Shown here: one piece after another, positions 39,980-49,993 of the stretch
How positions within the stretch are numbered: the first letter of the stretch is position 1
Layout of the letters: each line of letters begins with the position of its first letter
DNA from: Bacteroidota bacterium
GTDB taxonomy: Bacteria; Bacteroidota; Bacteroidia; Flavobacteriales; Weeksellaceae
Reading direction: 5' to 3'
DNA length: 64,000 nucleotides
NCBI GenBank assembly: GCA_023423715.1
Contig: JAFAFC010000035.1
Span: 752-64,751 of the forward strand
The notes under the pieces: model-generated
Told to the model about the DNA's origin: nothing
Databases searched by the model: none
Seen by the model: only the letters and a program-made list of their open reading frames with translations
Translations under genes and position numbers: made by a program

Positions 39980-42085
39980 TTGAAAACAAAATTACTCCTG
40001 TTGTTGATCTTGTTAAGCTTTGGGTTTTTATCTAAGGCTCAATTATGCGGTGGTTCATTTGGAGATCCTGTTTTCAAGGAAGATTTTGGTTCTGTTGCGA
40101 CTTCTAGTCAGGTTGTTTCAGGTCCTTTGCAAGCGCCTGCATCTACATCTTATACGTATTCATCCAGTTTTCCACCGAATGATGGGCAATATACGATCAC
40201 GAATTTTACTCAACAATACAGTGGTTGGGCGTGGGTGAGTATGGAAGATAATACGGTAGATGATGCTGGTCGATCTGGGAATATGCTTGTAGTTAATGCA
40301 AGTCATACCGCTGGCGAATTCTACAGAAGGAGAGTGTCTACACTTTGTCCAAATCAAGTATATCGGTTTTCGGCATATATTTTAAACTTAATTCAACCTG
40401 GTTTTAATCAGATAAACCCCAATGTAACGATGCGGATTTTGAGTAGTTCGGGAGCGGTTTTGGGTGAAGTAAGTACGGGTGATATTGCGGAGGATCAAGA
40501 ATGGCGAAATTATTATATTGATTTTCGATCTTCAGCTGCTTCAGGTGATGTTGATGTGGTTTTAATAAATAATGCAGCTGGAGGAATAGGGAATGATTTG
40601 GCTATAGACGATATCACCTTTAGCCCATGTGGTGCGGCGGTGTCACTTTCTGCGGATAAGCCTGTTTTTTCAGGTGTGTGCGATAATACTGCTAGCTTTG
40701 AGATGAAAGCGGATGTTCCATCTTCTGCATTTACTGACCTAAGATATATTTGGCAAAAAAGCACCGATAACGGTAAAACTTGGCAAGATGTGACTGGTCC
40801 AACAACGAATTCGAAGTTTGCAGTAAGTTCGGGGTCGTATATTAACGGAGATCAATACCGCTATGTTGTGGCTGAGCAAACAAATATACTCTCACCGAGT
40901 TGCCGTATTGCGTCAGAACCTTCTACGGTTCAGGTTTTAGGATATCCTGAAAAACCGGATAAAAAAACCTTTAATTTCTGTATAGGTTCTGCAGATATAA
41001 TTACAGGTGGACATAATATTAAATGGTATTCCACGGAGACTTCTAATGACGGTTCTTTTACGGCGCCTATTGTAGATACTTCGAAGCTTGATAACTACAG
41101 TTTATGGATTAGCCAAACGCTAAACGGTTGTGAAAGTCCTCGACAAGAGATATTTGTTAATATTGGTAGTGTTCCACCGCAACCTACGGCTTCAAATATC
41201 ACGGTCTGTCAAGGTGATATCGCTCCAGTTCTTACAGCAACTGGAACTAATTTAAGATGGTACACGCATCAGACTGGAGGTTCGGTTTACATGCAGACGC
41301 CAATTATAGATACGAGTAAACCGGGTGTTACTTCGTATTGGGTTTCTCAAAATACGTTTTGTGAAGGTTTACGCAGCGAAGTCAAAGTGACTGTTGTTCC
41401 TGCGCCAGTTCCGAATACATCCTTGGAAGCATCGCTTTGCGATGGAGATCTTATTACCTTGGATGCGGGAGCTGGATTTGCATCGTACGAATGGTTGGTC
41501 GATACACCTGTTTTTTCAAGATATTTACAAGTTACAGAAAGGGGAGTTTATAAAGTGAAAGTTTCGAATTCAAATGGATGTTCTGCAATATTTGATTATG
41601 AAGTTAAGTCTGGAGTTACTCCAGAATTCGTTAAAATAATAAGTGGAGATTCGTTTATTGAAGTTGTCGCAACTGGAGGAACTCCACCATATCAGTACTC
41701 CATGGATGGTGTTAAATGGCAAGATTCGCCAAAATTTAATTCGCTTAAATCTGGGAAATATAAAGTTTACGTCAAATCGCAACTGAATACATGCATTGCA
41801 GTTGGAGAAACAACCGTTATTTCGGTTCCAAATTTTATTTCTCCTAATAATGATGGGAAGAATGATGTTTTTTCAATTCCTTTTCTTAGTGATTATCCCA
41901 ATGCAACGCTTACGATATCAGATCGGCATGGGAAAACAATGTTTTCTTCCGTTAAAGAAAATACAATGATTTGGAACGGAATGTATCAGAATAGACCTGT
42001 TCCTTCGGATTCGTATTGGTATCATCTTGATTTTGGGAACGGTTCAGAAAGAACCGGATGGCTTTTAGTGAAAAATAGAGATTAA
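39980..42085 (+). CDS. T9SS type-B C-terminal-sorting-domain surface protein (gliding-motility-associated CTD family)
   Basis: 701 aa. A TTG start gives the signal peptide MKTKLLLLLILLSFGFLSKAQ. Internal repeats of the form WY....G......P..DTSK......W(I/V)SQ...GCES are present. The C-terminus FISPNNDGKNDVFSIP...WNG...G.........YWY (41828-42082) is the type-B CTD pattern. Confidence 0.8.
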   Translation: MKTKLLLLLILLSFGFLSKAQLCGGSFGDPVFKEDFGSVATSSQVVSGPLQAPASTSYTYSSSFPPNDGQYTITNFTQQYSGWAWVSMEDNTVDDAGRSGNMLVVNASHTAGEFYRRRVSTLCPNQVYRFSAYILNLIQPGFNQINPNVTMRILSSSGAVLGEVSTGDIAEDQEWRNYYIDFRSSAASGDVDVVLINNAAGGIGNDLAIDDITFSPCGAAVSLSADKPVFSGVCDNTASFEMKADVPSSAFTDLRYIWQKSTDNGKTWQDVTGPTTNSKFAVSSGSYINGDQYRYVVAEQTNILSPSCRIASEPSTVQVLGYPEKPDKKTFNFCIGSADIITGGHNIKWYSTETSNDGSFTAPIVDTSKLDNYSLWISQTLNGCESPRQEIFVNIGSVPPQPTASNITVCQGDIAPVLTATGTNLRWYTHQTGGSVYMQTPIIDTSKPGVTSYWVSQNTFCEGLRSEVKVTVVPAPVPNTSLEASLCDGDLITLDAGAGFASYEWLVDTPVFSRYLQVTERGVYKVKVSNSNGCSAIFDYEVKSGVTPEFVKIISGDSFIEVVATGGTPPYQYSMDGVKWQDSPKFNSLKSGKYKVYVKSQLNTCIAVGETTVISVPNFISPNNDGKNDVFSIPFLSDYPNATLTISDRHGKTMFSSVKENTMIWNGMYQNRPVPSDSYWYHLDFGNGSERTGWLLVKNRD

Positions 42086-42095
42086 GTAAATAAAA

Positions 42096-42125
42096 AACCT
42101 CCGAAAATTCTTCGGAGGTTTTTTT
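42096..42125 (+). terminator. Rho-independent terminator
   Basis: Stem CCTCCGAA/TTCGGAGG followed by T7. Confidence 0.8.
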
Positions 42126-42153
42126 CGATCATTATTTGGATGACTATTTAATG

Positions 42154-42182
42154 AAAAACCCTGAATTCAAAAGAACTCAGGG
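42154..42182 (-). terminator. Rho-independent terminator for clpB (about 100 nt after its stop)
   Basis: Stem CCCTGAATTC/GAACTCAGGG (9/10 paired) with an AAAA loop. On the minus strand a T5 run follows the stem. Confidence 0.6.
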
Positions 42183-42280
42183 TTAAAAACACAAATAATG
42201 AAATTAAATTTATCTCTTTTATAAAGGCGAATATCGTGCCTTATTATGTTAACTAAAGTTAAACTTTTGTTAGTGTTTTG

Positions 42281-44875
42281 TTACTTTTCCGTCGGTCTAA
42301 AAACCAACCCACTTTCTGGGAAGAAATCCATTGTGATTCTGTCACCGTCGTTGACGTTTCCTGCTAAGATTTCTTTAGATAACTTGTTCAAAACGTCTTG
42401 CTGAATGACTCTTTTTAAAGGTCTTGCTCCAAAAGCAGGGTCGTAACCTTTGTTCATTAAATAATCCAAAGCGTCCTGAGTTGCAGTCATCATAATGTTT
42501 CTTTGCGCCAAAAGTGTATTCAAACCTCGTAATTGATATTGAACGATTTTCCCAATATTCTTTTTGGTTAAAGGTTGGAAAAGGACGATTTCATCAATTC
42601 TGTTCAAGAACTCTGGTCTTAAACTTTGTTTTAAAAGGTCAAAAACTTCTTCTCTCGTTTTGTCAAGAACTTCATCAAAATTGTTGTCATCTAATTTTTC
42701 AAAATTTTCTTGAATTAAATGCGAACCTAAATTCGAAGTCATAATAATTATCGAATTCTTGAAATTCACCACACGCCCTTTATTATCGGTTAAACGACCA
42801 TCGTCCAAAACTTGCAACAAAGTATTGAAAACATCGGGATGCGCTTTTTCAATTTCGTCCAAAAGCACCACTGAATAAGGTCTTCTTCTTACAGCTTCCG
42901 TCAATTGTCCACCTTCATCGTAACCAACGTATCCTGGAGGCGCACCAACCAAACGAGAAACGCTGTGACGCTCCTGATATTCGCTCATATCAATTCTCGT
43001 CATATTGTTTTCGTCATCGAAAAGCAATTCTGCCAAGGCTTTTGCCAACTCGGTTTTCCCAACACCTGTTGTTCCTAAAAATAAGAACGAACCAATTGGT
43101 TTTTTGTCATCGCTCAAACCAGCTCTGTTTCTTCTAATCGCATCTGCTACAGCTTGTATCGCTTCATCCTGACCAACCACACGTTTGTGCAACTCGTTTT
43201 CCAAGTGCAATAATTTTTCTCTTTCAGATTGAATTAATTTGGTAACCGGAATTCCAGTCCATTTTCCAATCACTTCGGCGATGTTTTCAGAAGTTACTTC
43301 TTCTTTAATCAATTCATTTTGATGGTTTTGCATTTCTAATTCTTGTTTTTGCAAATTATCTTCTTTTTCGCGAAGTTTTCCGTATTGTATTTCAGCAACT
43401 TTTGCGTAGTCACCAGCTCTTGAAGCACGTTCAGCTTCCAGTTTTAAAGCTTCAATTTCTTTTTTAATGTTGGTTAAATCTTCCGATTTTTGCTTCTCTT
43501 TTAACCATTTTGCATTAATATCATTTCTTTGTTCGGTAATTTTCGATAAATCCTCTTTCAAATGGTCGATTTTCGTTTGGTTGCCTTCTCTCGAAATTGC
43601 AGCCAATTCGATTTCCATTTGCATGATTTTTCTATCCAAAACGTCCAATTCTTCAGGCTTAGAATTGATTTCCATTCTCAATTTTGCTGAAGCTTCATCA
43701 ATTAAGTCGATGGCTTTATCTGGTAAAAATCGGTCAGAAATATAACGCTGCGACATTTCTACTGCCGCAATAATCGCTTCGTCTTTGATGCGAACTTTGT
43801 GGTGCGCTTCGTATTTATCTTTAATACCTCTCAAAATCGAAATCGCAGATTCCGTATCTGGCTCTTCCACCATTACCTTTTGGAAACGTCTTTCAAGAGC
43901 TTTATCTTTTTCAAAATATTTTTGATATTCATTTAAAGTGGTTGCTCCAATTGCTCTTAGTTCTCCTCTTGCTAAAGCGGGTTTCAAGATATTTGCGGCG
44001 TCCATTGCACCTTCTCCACCTCCAGCGCCCACCAAAGTGTGGATTTCGTCGATGAAAAGAATAATTTGTCCATCAGATTTGGTTACTTCATTTACCACCG
44101 ATTTCAAACGCTCTTCAAATTCACCTTTGTATTTTGCACCAGCAATTAAGGCTCCCATGTCTAATGAATAAAGAGTTTTATCCATCAAGTTTTCTGGAAC
44201 GTCACCCGAAATGATTCGGTGTGCGATACCTTCTGCAATCGCCGTTTTACCAACACCAGGTTCCCCGATAAGGATTGGGTTATTTTTAGTTCTTCTCGAA
44301 AGAATTTGCAAAACTCTACGGATTTCTTCATCACGACCGATAACAGGGTCTAATTTCCCTTCGGCAGCGAGTTCATTAAAGTTTTTTGCGTATTTATTTA
44401 AACTTTGATAGGTTTCCTCAGAACTTGCAGAAGTCGCTTTCGAGCCTTTACGAAGTTCTTTAATTCCGCCTTCCAAAAGGCTTTTGGTAACGCCCATGTC
44501 TTTTAACATTTGCGAAACGGGAGAATTCACTTCAATTAAAGACAACCAAAGATGCTCGATGGTTACGAACTCGTCGCCCATTTTCTTAGCGATATTCGGT
44601 GCGTCCAGCAAAACTTTGTTTGCATTTTGGGAAAGATAAATGTTTCCACCTTCAACTTTTGGAAGTTTCTCGATGCTTTCGCGGTTTCTGGCTCTCACCA
44701 AATCGGCGTCAGCTTCGGATTTTTTTAAAAGGAAAGGCGATATATTTTCATCCACTTGGAAGATTCCTTCCAAAAGATGTTGCGGTTCAATCTGTTGGTT
44801 GCCAAACTCCATCGCTACTTGTTGTGCAGCTTGGATGGCTTCTTGTGATTTTACTGTGTATTGATTTAAGTTCAT
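42281..44875 (-). CDS. clpB: ATP-dependent chaperone/disaggregase ClpB
   Basis: 864 aa with two AAA+ modules (GEPGVGKT and GTTGVGKT Walker A motifs), a long middle coiled coil and a Clp N-domain. Confidence 0.95.
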   Translation of the reverse strand: MNLNQYTVKSQEAIQAAQQVAMEFGNQQIEPQHLLEGIFQVDENISPFLLKKSEADADLVRARNRESIEKLPKVEGGNIYLSQNANKVLLDAPNIAKKMGDEFVTIEHLWLSLIEVNSPVSQMLKDMGVTKSLLEGGIKELRKGSKATSASSEETYQSLNKYAKNFNELAAEGKLDPVIGRDEEIRRVLQILSRRTKNNPILIGEPGVGKTAIAEGIAHRIISGDVPENLMDKTLYSLDMGALIAGAKYKGEFEERLKSVVNEVTKSDGQIILFIDEIHTLVGAGGGEGAMDAANILKPALARGELRAIGATTLNEYQKYFEKDKALERRFQKVMVEEPDTESAISILRGIKDKYEAHHKVRIKDEAIIAAVEMSQRYISDRFLPDKAIDLIDEASAKLRMEINSKPEELDVLDRKIMQMEIELAAISREGNQTKIDHLKEDLSKITEQRNDINAKWLKEKQKSEDLTNIKKEIEALKLEAERASRAGDYAKVAEIQYGKLREKEDNLQKQELEMQNHQNELIKEEVTSENIAEVIGKWTGIPVTKLIQSEREKLLHLENELHKRVVGQDEAIQAVADAIRRNRAGLSDDKKPIGSFLFLGTTGVGKTELAKALAELLFDDENNMTRIDMSEYQERHSVSRLVGAPPGYVGYDEGGQLTEAVRRRPYSVVLLDEIEKAHPDVFNTLLQVLDDGRLTDNKGRVVNFKNSIIIMTSNLGSHLIQENFEKLDDNNFDEVLDKTREEVFDLLKQSLRPEFLNRIDEIVLFQPLTKKNIGKIVQYQLRGLNTLLAQRNIMMTATQDALDYLMNKGYDPAFGARPLKRVIQQDVLNKLSKEILAGNVNDGDRITMDFFPESGLVFRPTEK

Positions 44876-45103
44876 ATATGTAATTGGTATTTTCTAAATT
44901 AATGTATTTGCAAAATAGAATTGCAAAAACTATACTTTTCGAATCAAAACATATAATTATGTCAAAAATTCCGAAATTTTTAAAAACATTTATTTTGAAT
45001 ATGACAAAATTTCTTAATTTTTGATTTTTAAGTGAAATTGATATGCTTTTTTGACTTGTTTTACTGAATTAAATTTTGGTTTTCTACTTAACTGATTAAT
45101 CTT

Positions 45104-45111
45104 TATATTTG
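45104..45111 (+). promoter_or_regulatory. Candidate -7 box TATATTTG for the paa operon
   Basis: Exact TAnnTTTG match 25 nt upstream of the ATG at 45137. Confidence 0.4.
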
Positions 45112-45136
45112 GAATCAGCACTTAATAGAAATTTTC

Positions 45137-46225
45137 ATGCAGCATTTTCATCCACTTCGTGTGGCTCAATTAATCAAAGAAACCAACGATTGCGTACATA
45201 TCGGTTTTGAAATTCCACAAGAGCTTAAACATGCTTTTTTGTTCAAGCAAGGTCAATACCTAACGGTGCGACACCTTGAAAATGGGGAAGATTTGCGCAG
45301 GTCGTATTCTATTGTGAACGCACCTTCGGAATCGTCGCAATTGGTAGAAGTTTTGGTTAAGAAACTTGAAAATGGAGTAGTTTCTTCTTTTTTGAATGAT
45401 CATTTGGTTGAAAATCAAACATTAGAAGTTTTGGCGCCGCAAGGTCATTTTTACACCTATTATCACCCTTCAAACGAAAAGGTTTATGTAGGAATTGCTG
45501 CGGGAAGTGGTATTTCGCCTGTTTTATCTAATGTTGTTGAAGCTTTGCATCAAGAGCCAAAAAGCTCAGCATATCTTTTCTTTAGCAATAAAAATACAAA
45601 TCAAATTATCTTCAAAGAACGTATTGATGCGTTGGTTGAAAAGTTTCAAGGTCGTTTGAAAGTGGTTTATTTACTTTCTAGAGAGAAACATGTTGAAAAT
45701 GAATTGTTTGAAGGACGAATTTCAGCCGAGAAATTGAATGCTTTACTCGAATTTTTTCCTGAGATTCCTGCGAAAGAAGCAACGTTCTTTATTTGTGGGC
45801 CAACGGATATGATTAAAAGTATCAGCACATTTCTGAAAGAAGACAAAAAAGTGCCGTCATTGCAAGTAATGTACGAATATTATACACCACCAGATGATGA
45901 AGAAAATGCAGAGAAAAGTGAAGAATTCAAGAAAATACCAAATATCGAAAGTTTCGTAACCTTGATTATCGACGACGACGAATATAATATCCATTTAAAC
46001 TCCAAAAAGGAAAGTATTTTGGATAAAGCGTTGAAAGATCAATTGCCGGTTCCATTTGCTTGTAAAGGCGGCGTTTGTTGTACGTGTAAAGCGCAAGTGA
46101 TGGAAGGTGAGGTGTTTATGGAAAAGAATTTTGCTTTGACAGAAGACGAAGTGGAACGCGGTTTTGTACTGACGTGTCAATGCCATCCTGTAACGAATAT
46201 TGTGATGTTGAATTACGATGTATAA
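45137..46225 (+). CDS. paaE: Phenylacetyl-CoA epoxidase reductase subunit (PaaE; also called PaaK)
   Basis: 362 aa. It has an FNR-like FAD/NAD domain (RSYS motif, GIAAGSGISP) and a C-terminal plant-type 2Fe-2S domain (CKGGVCCTC...C). Confidence 0.85.
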   Translation: MQHFHPLRVAQLIKETNDCVHIGFEIPQELKHAFLFKQGQYLTVRHLENGEDLRRSYSIVNAPSESSQLVEVLVKKLENGVVSSFLNDHLVENQTLEVLAPQGHFYTYYHPSNEKVYVGIAAGSGISPVLSNVVEALHQEPKSSAYLFFSNKNTNQIIFKERIDALVEKFQGRLKVVYLLSREKHVENELFEGRISAEKLNALLEFFPEIPAKEATFFICGPTDMIKSISTFLKEDKKVPSLQVMYEYYTPPDDEENAEKSEEFKKIPNIESFVTLIIDDDEYNIHLNSKKESILDKALKDQLPVPFACKGGVCCTCKAQVMEGEVFMEKNFALTEDEVERGFVLTCQCHPVTNIVMLNYDV

Positions 46226-46292
46226 GTCAACTAATCAGGTTTGCAATTTTATTGGTAACTTAGAAAAGGTTTAACTCTTAAAATTTAATCTG

Positions 46293-46550
46293 ATGAATAA
46301 ATGGAAATTTGCTTCGTTTATTGAAGTTGACAAAGAGTTTCGAGTAAGTGGACTCAATATTTGGAATTATTATTGGCATTGCTCCGATCGTAAAGTAGAA
46401 GTTTTATGTCCGCAAGAAGGGCAGATTTATTTTTTCAAAGAATATGAAATTCAAACTCCTGAAAAGTCGGTACAGTTTGTTGCTGGTGAGTTTGCAGATG
46501 CTACAATCGGTATTTATTTGAAAGACGACCTGCATGACGGTCGAATTTAA
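46293..46550 (+). CDS. Hypothetical 85-aa protein inserted between paaE and paaA
   Basis: An ORF with no recognisable motif. It is same-strand with 67-nt and 21-nt gaps to its neighbours. Confidence 0.4.
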   Translation: MNKWKFASFIEVDKEFRVSGLNIWNYYWHCSDRKVEVLCPQEGQIYFFKEYEIQTPEKSVQFVAGEFADATIGIYLKDDLHDGRI

Positions 46551-46571
46551 TTTAGAAATCCAAAAAATAGA

Positions 46572-47510
46572 ATGGATCACGATAAGTTTTTAGAATACGT
46601 TCAGGCCGAAAATAAAGTCGAGCCGAAAGACGTGATGCCCGATGATTATCGGAAATTGTTAGTTCGTCAGATTTCGCAACACGCACATTCAGAGATTGTT
46701 GGTATGCTTCCCGAAGCAAATTGGATCAGTCGAGCGCCTTCTTTGAGGAGGAAAATGGCTCTTTTGGCGAAAATTCAAGATGAGGCGGGACACGGTTTAT
46801 ATTTGTATGCAGCGACCGAAACCTTAGGAAACGGTACAATTACGGCGGATCGAGATGCCGCTTACAACGATATGCTTGAAGGTAAGGCGAAATATTCTAG
46901 TATTTTCAATTATCCAACGTTAAGTTGGGCAGATATTGGTGCGATTGGCTGGCTGGTAGATGGTGCTGCAATCATGAATCAAGTCATGTTGATGGGGAAT
47001 TCTTACGGGCCGTATGCTCGTGCGATGGTTCGTATTTGCAAGGAAGAATCGTTTCACCAACGTCAAGGATATGAAATTTTGATGACACTTTGCCGTGGAA
47101 CCAAACAACAAAAAGAAATGGCTCAGCAAGCGTTAAATCGTTTTTGGTGGGCAGCTTTGATGATGTTCGGGCCAAATGATGATGCGTCTCCAAATTCTCA
47201 AAAATCGATGAACTATCGTGTAAAAAGAGAAAGTAATGATCATTTAAGACAACGTTTTATTGATGTTACCGTTCCTCAAGCTGAATTCTTGGGTTTAAAA
47301 ATTCCAGATGAAAAGCTAAAGTGGAATGAAGAGCGTGGTCATTATGATTTTGGCGACTTACCTTGGGACGAATTCATGGAAGTGCTCAAAGGAAATGGAC
47401 CGTGCAATAAAAAACGGTTGGAAACAAAAGTTAAAGCGCAACAAGAAAATTCTTGGGTGAAAGAGGCGGCTTTAGCCTTTTGCAAAAATCAAAAGAAAGA
47501 AGAAGTATAA
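46572..47510 (+). CDS. paaA: 1,2-phenylacetyl-CoA epoxidase catalytic subunit PaaA
   Basis: 312 aa, a ferritin-like di-iron protein ([15 protein letters not shown] and EESFH blocks). Confidence 0.9.
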   Translation: MDHDKFLEYVQAENKVEPKDVMPDDYRKLLVRQISQHAHSEIVGMLPEANWISRAPSLRRKMALLAKIQDEAGHGLYLYAATETLGNGTITADRDAAYNDMLEGKAKYSSIFNYPTLSWADIGAIGWLVDGAAIMNQVMLMGNSYGPYARAMVRICKEESFHQRQGYEILMTLCRGTKQQKEMAQQALNRFWWAALMMFGPNDDASPNSQKSMNYRVKRESNDHLRQRFIDVTVPQAEFLGLKIPDEKLKWNEERGHYDFGDLPWDEFMEVLKGNGPCNKKRLETKVKAQQENSWVKEAALAFCKNQKKEEV

Positions 47511-47536
47511 ATAATGAGTTGATTGGATGATGAGTT

Positions 47537-47585
47537 AATTTGAAAATGAATTATCACATTATCACATTCATAAATTTTTCAAATT
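47537..47585 (+). other. Intercistronic imperfect hairpin (paaA-paaB spacer)
   Basis: AATTTGAAAA (47537-46) pairs with TTTTCAAATT (47576-85). TGAAT (47547-51) pairs with ATTCA (47566-70). The loop contains ATTATCAC repeated twice. The hairpin ends 5 nt before the paaB ATG. Confidence 0.55.
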
Positions 47586-47590
47586 AGTAT

Positions 47591-47872
47591 ATGGCAAACT
47601 TAGATATGTGGGAAGTTTTTATTCAAACAAAACCAGGACTTTCGCACAAGCATGCAGGAACCGTGCAAGCTCCAACAGCAGAAATGGCATTGCAAAATGC
47701 ACGTGATGTGTATACAAGACGTAAAGAAGGAACTTCCATTTGGGTGGTGCCTAGTCAATACATTGTGACTTCAGAGGGAGTTGATAAAGAAGCATTTTTC
47801 GATCCTGCTGATGACAAATTATACCGTCATCCAACCTTCTATCAAATTCCAAACGACGTAAAAAATATGTAA
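47591..47872 (+). CDS. paaB: 1,2-phenylacetyl-CoA epoxidase subunit PaaB
   Basis: 93 aa. The sequence MWEVF...HKHAG...A...AL.NARDVYTRR is typical of PaaB. Confidence 0.9.
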   Translation: MANLDMWEVFIQTKPGLSHKHAGTVQAPTAEMALQNARDVYTRRKEGTSIWVVPSQYIVTSEGVDKEAFFDPADDKLYRHPTFYQIPNDVKNM

Positions 47873-47877
47873 TCTTT

Positions 47878-47932
47878 TGTAAAATTTACTACGTACAAGG
47901 TAAAGCGTACTTTGTACATAGTACATTTTACA
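47878..47932 (+). other. Intercistronic long imperfect hairpin (paaB-paaC spacer)
   Basis: 25-nt arms at 47878-47902 and 47908-47932. They form 22 Watson-Crick pairs, 1 G-U pair and 2 mismatches. The loop is AAGCG. Confidence 0.65.
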
Positions 47933-47950
47933 TGATACAAAAAAGAAAAA

Positions 47951-48697
47951 ATGAATCCATTATATTATTATTTACTAAAATTAGCGGATGACACCCTGAT
48001 TATGGGGCAGCGTTTGGCGGAATGGTGTGGGAAAGGTCCGTATTTGGAGGAAGATATCGCGCTTACGAACGTGGCTTTGGATTATTTGGGTCAATCAAGT
48101 AATCTTTATAAATATGCAACGCAGTTTGCGGAAGGGAAGTCGGAAGATGATTTGGCTTTTCTACGCTATGAACACGATTATTTGAATGCCCAATTGGTTG
48201 AATTTCCGAACGGAGATTACGCACAAACTATCTTGAAAGTCTATTTTTTCAGTGTTTTTCAGAAGATTATTTATGGAAGTTTGATGAATAGTGTTGATGA
48301 ACAACTTGCTGCAATTGCAGAAAAATCTCTAAAAGAAGTAAAATACCATTACACGCATTCTAAATCTTGGGTAGAAATTTTTTCTAATGGTACCGAAGAG
48401 AGTAAATTGCGCTTAGAAAAAGGTATTCAAAATTTGTGGGAATATACCGGTGGTTTGTTTGATACAACGGAAGGTGAAGAAGATTTAGTAAAACTAGATA
48501 TCGTTCCAAATCCAGCGGATTTGCAAGCAGCGTGGTTGAATCAAGTAAAATCGGATTTCTCAAAATTTGGAATTGCACTTCCTGAAGATGAATTTATGCA
48601 AAAAGGAAGTAGAAAAGGCGTTCATACAGAATATTTCGGTTATATCCTTTGCGAATTACAATACATGCAAAGAGCCTATCCAGGCTGCGCATGGTAG
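47951..48697 (+). CDS. paaC: 1,2-phenylacetyl-CoA epoxidase subunit PaaC
   Basis: 248 aa with a ferritin-like fold. The sequence LLKLADDTLIMGQRLAEWCG...EEDIALTN.ALD is typical of PaaC. Confidence 0.85.
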   Translation: MNPLYYYLLKLADDTLIMGQRLAEWCGKGPYLEEDIALTNVALDYLGQSSNLYKYATQFAEGKSEDDLAFLRYEHDYLNAQLVEFPNGDYAQTILKVYFFSVFQKIIYGSLMNSVDEQLAAIAEKSLKEVKYHYTHSKSWVEIFSNGTEESKLRLEKGIQNLWEYTGGLFDTTEGEEDLVKLDIVPNPADLQAAWLNQVKSDFSKFGIALPEDEFMQKGSRKGVHTEYFGYILCELQYMQRAYPGCAW

Positions 48698-49170
48698 AGA
48701 AAAGTCAGAATATGAAAGACCTTTGGGAACTTTTAAAAACCATTCCCGATCCTGAAATTCCGGTTATTGATATTGTGGAATTGGGGATTGTTCGCGATGC
48801 TCAATATGTGGATGCTCAACATGTGAAAATTTGGATAACACCCACGTATTCGGCATGTCCAGCGATGTATTCAATTGAGGAAGATATCGTGAGTTTGTTT
48901 CAAAAGGAAGGTTTGGTTGCAGAAGTAATTACGCAGCTCTCTCCCGTTTGGACGACGGGTTGGATTACGGAAGAGGCAAGAGAAAAACTTCGTGTTTACG
49001 GGATAGCGCCTCCAGATCAAGATGGTGAAAATTGGGAAAAGCCTGTTCTTTGTCCCCGTTGTCAATCCTCACAAACCAAGATGATTAGCCGTTTTGGTTC
49101 TACATTGTGTAAAGCTTCGTATCAATGTGAATCGTGCTTAGAACCTTTTGATTATTTTAAATGCCATTAG
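48691..49170 (+). CDS. paaD: Phenylacetate-CoA oxygenase subunit PaaD
   Basis: It has a DPEIPVIDIVELGIV motif and a C-terminal Cys cluster CPRC...CK..YQCESC. The ATG at 48691 overlaps the paaC stop (ATGGTAG). The ATG at 48712 is an equally possible start. Confidence 0.8.
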   Translation: MVEKSQNMKDLWELLKTIPDPEIPVIDIVELGIVRDAQYVDAQHVKIWITPTYSACPAMYSIEEDIVSLFQKEGLVAEVITQLSPVWTTGWITEEAREKLRVYGIAPPDQDGENWEKPVLCPRCQSSQTKMISRFGSTLCKASYQCESCLEPFDYFKCH

Positions 49171-49184
49171 AAAAAAATTAAATT

Positions 49185-49982
49185 ATGTATAATCAATTCG
49201 AAATTGAAACCCATTTAGAGGGAAAATTAAAAATAGCGTATCTCAACCAACCGGAGATCATGAATGCGATAACCAAGCCTTTGTTAAAAGAACTCAAACA
49301 ATTTTTTGATGAATGTTCAAAAGATGAAACGGTACGTTGTGTTGCTATTTCAGGACGTGGACGAGCATTTTGTTCAGGGCAGAATTTAGGTGAAGCACTG
49401 AATATGGATGCGAAAAATGATGAGGCGGTTATTGTTCGAATTGTTGAAGATTACTACAATCCAATGGTAAAATCCATTGTGGAGTGTCGTAAACCCGTCA
49501 TTTCTTTAGTAAATGGTGCTGCTGTTGGTGCTGGAGCGATGTTAGCATTGATTTGTGATTTTACATTGGCGACGAAAAGTTCGTATTTCGCGCAATCGTT
49601 TGTGAATATTGGTTTGATTCCAGATACGGCGGGAACGTATTACTTGCCGAAATTGTTGGGACGTCAATTAGCGAGTTATTTAGCTTTCACAGGAAAGAAA
49701 TTAAGTGCTGAAGAAGCTAAAAATATGGGTTTAATTGCTGAGGTTTTTGAAGACGAAACGTTTGCTGAAAATTCGATGGAAATCTTAACTCGAATTTCAA
49801 ATATGCCTACGAAAGCGATTAGCATTACGAAAAAAGCGTTTAACGAATCGTATTTAAATTCGTTAGATAAGCAGTTGGAAGGTGAAGCAAAATGGCAGCA
49901 AGCAGCCGCAAAATCGGAAGATTTTATGGAAGGTGTAACCGCCTTTTTACAAAAAAGAAAACCTGAATTTAAAGGAAAATAA
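49185..49982 (+). CDS. Enoyl-CoA hydratase/isomerase (crotonase family, PaaG-like)
   Basis: 265 aa with the oxyanion-hole motifs FCSGQNL and GAAVGAGAMLALICD. Confidence 0.8.
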   Translation: MYNQFEIETHLEGKLKIAYLNQPEIMNAITKPLLKELKQFFDECSKDETVRCVAISGRGRAFCSGQNLGEALNMDAKNDEAVIVRIVEDYYNPMVKSIVECRKPVISLVNGAAVGAGAMLALICDFTLATKSSYFAQSFVNIGLIPDTAGTYYLPKLLGRQLASYLAFTGKKLSAEEAKNMGLIAEVFEDETFAENSMEILTRISNMPTKAISITKKAFNESYLNSLDKQLEGEAKWQQAAAKSEDFMEGVTAFLQKRKPEFKGK

Positions 49983-49993
49983 TAAGTGTACAA

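Noticed and set aside
42151-42186. Mini-ORF MKNPEFKRTQG
   Set aside because: It is encoded by the clpB terminator hairpin itself, so it is not credible as a gene.
47550-47571. Tandem ATTATCAC ATTATCAC ATTCAT as a micro-satellite or CRISPR-like repeat
   Set aside because: There are only two full 8-nt copies. They form the loop of the paaA/paaB hairpin, and there is no spacer architecture.
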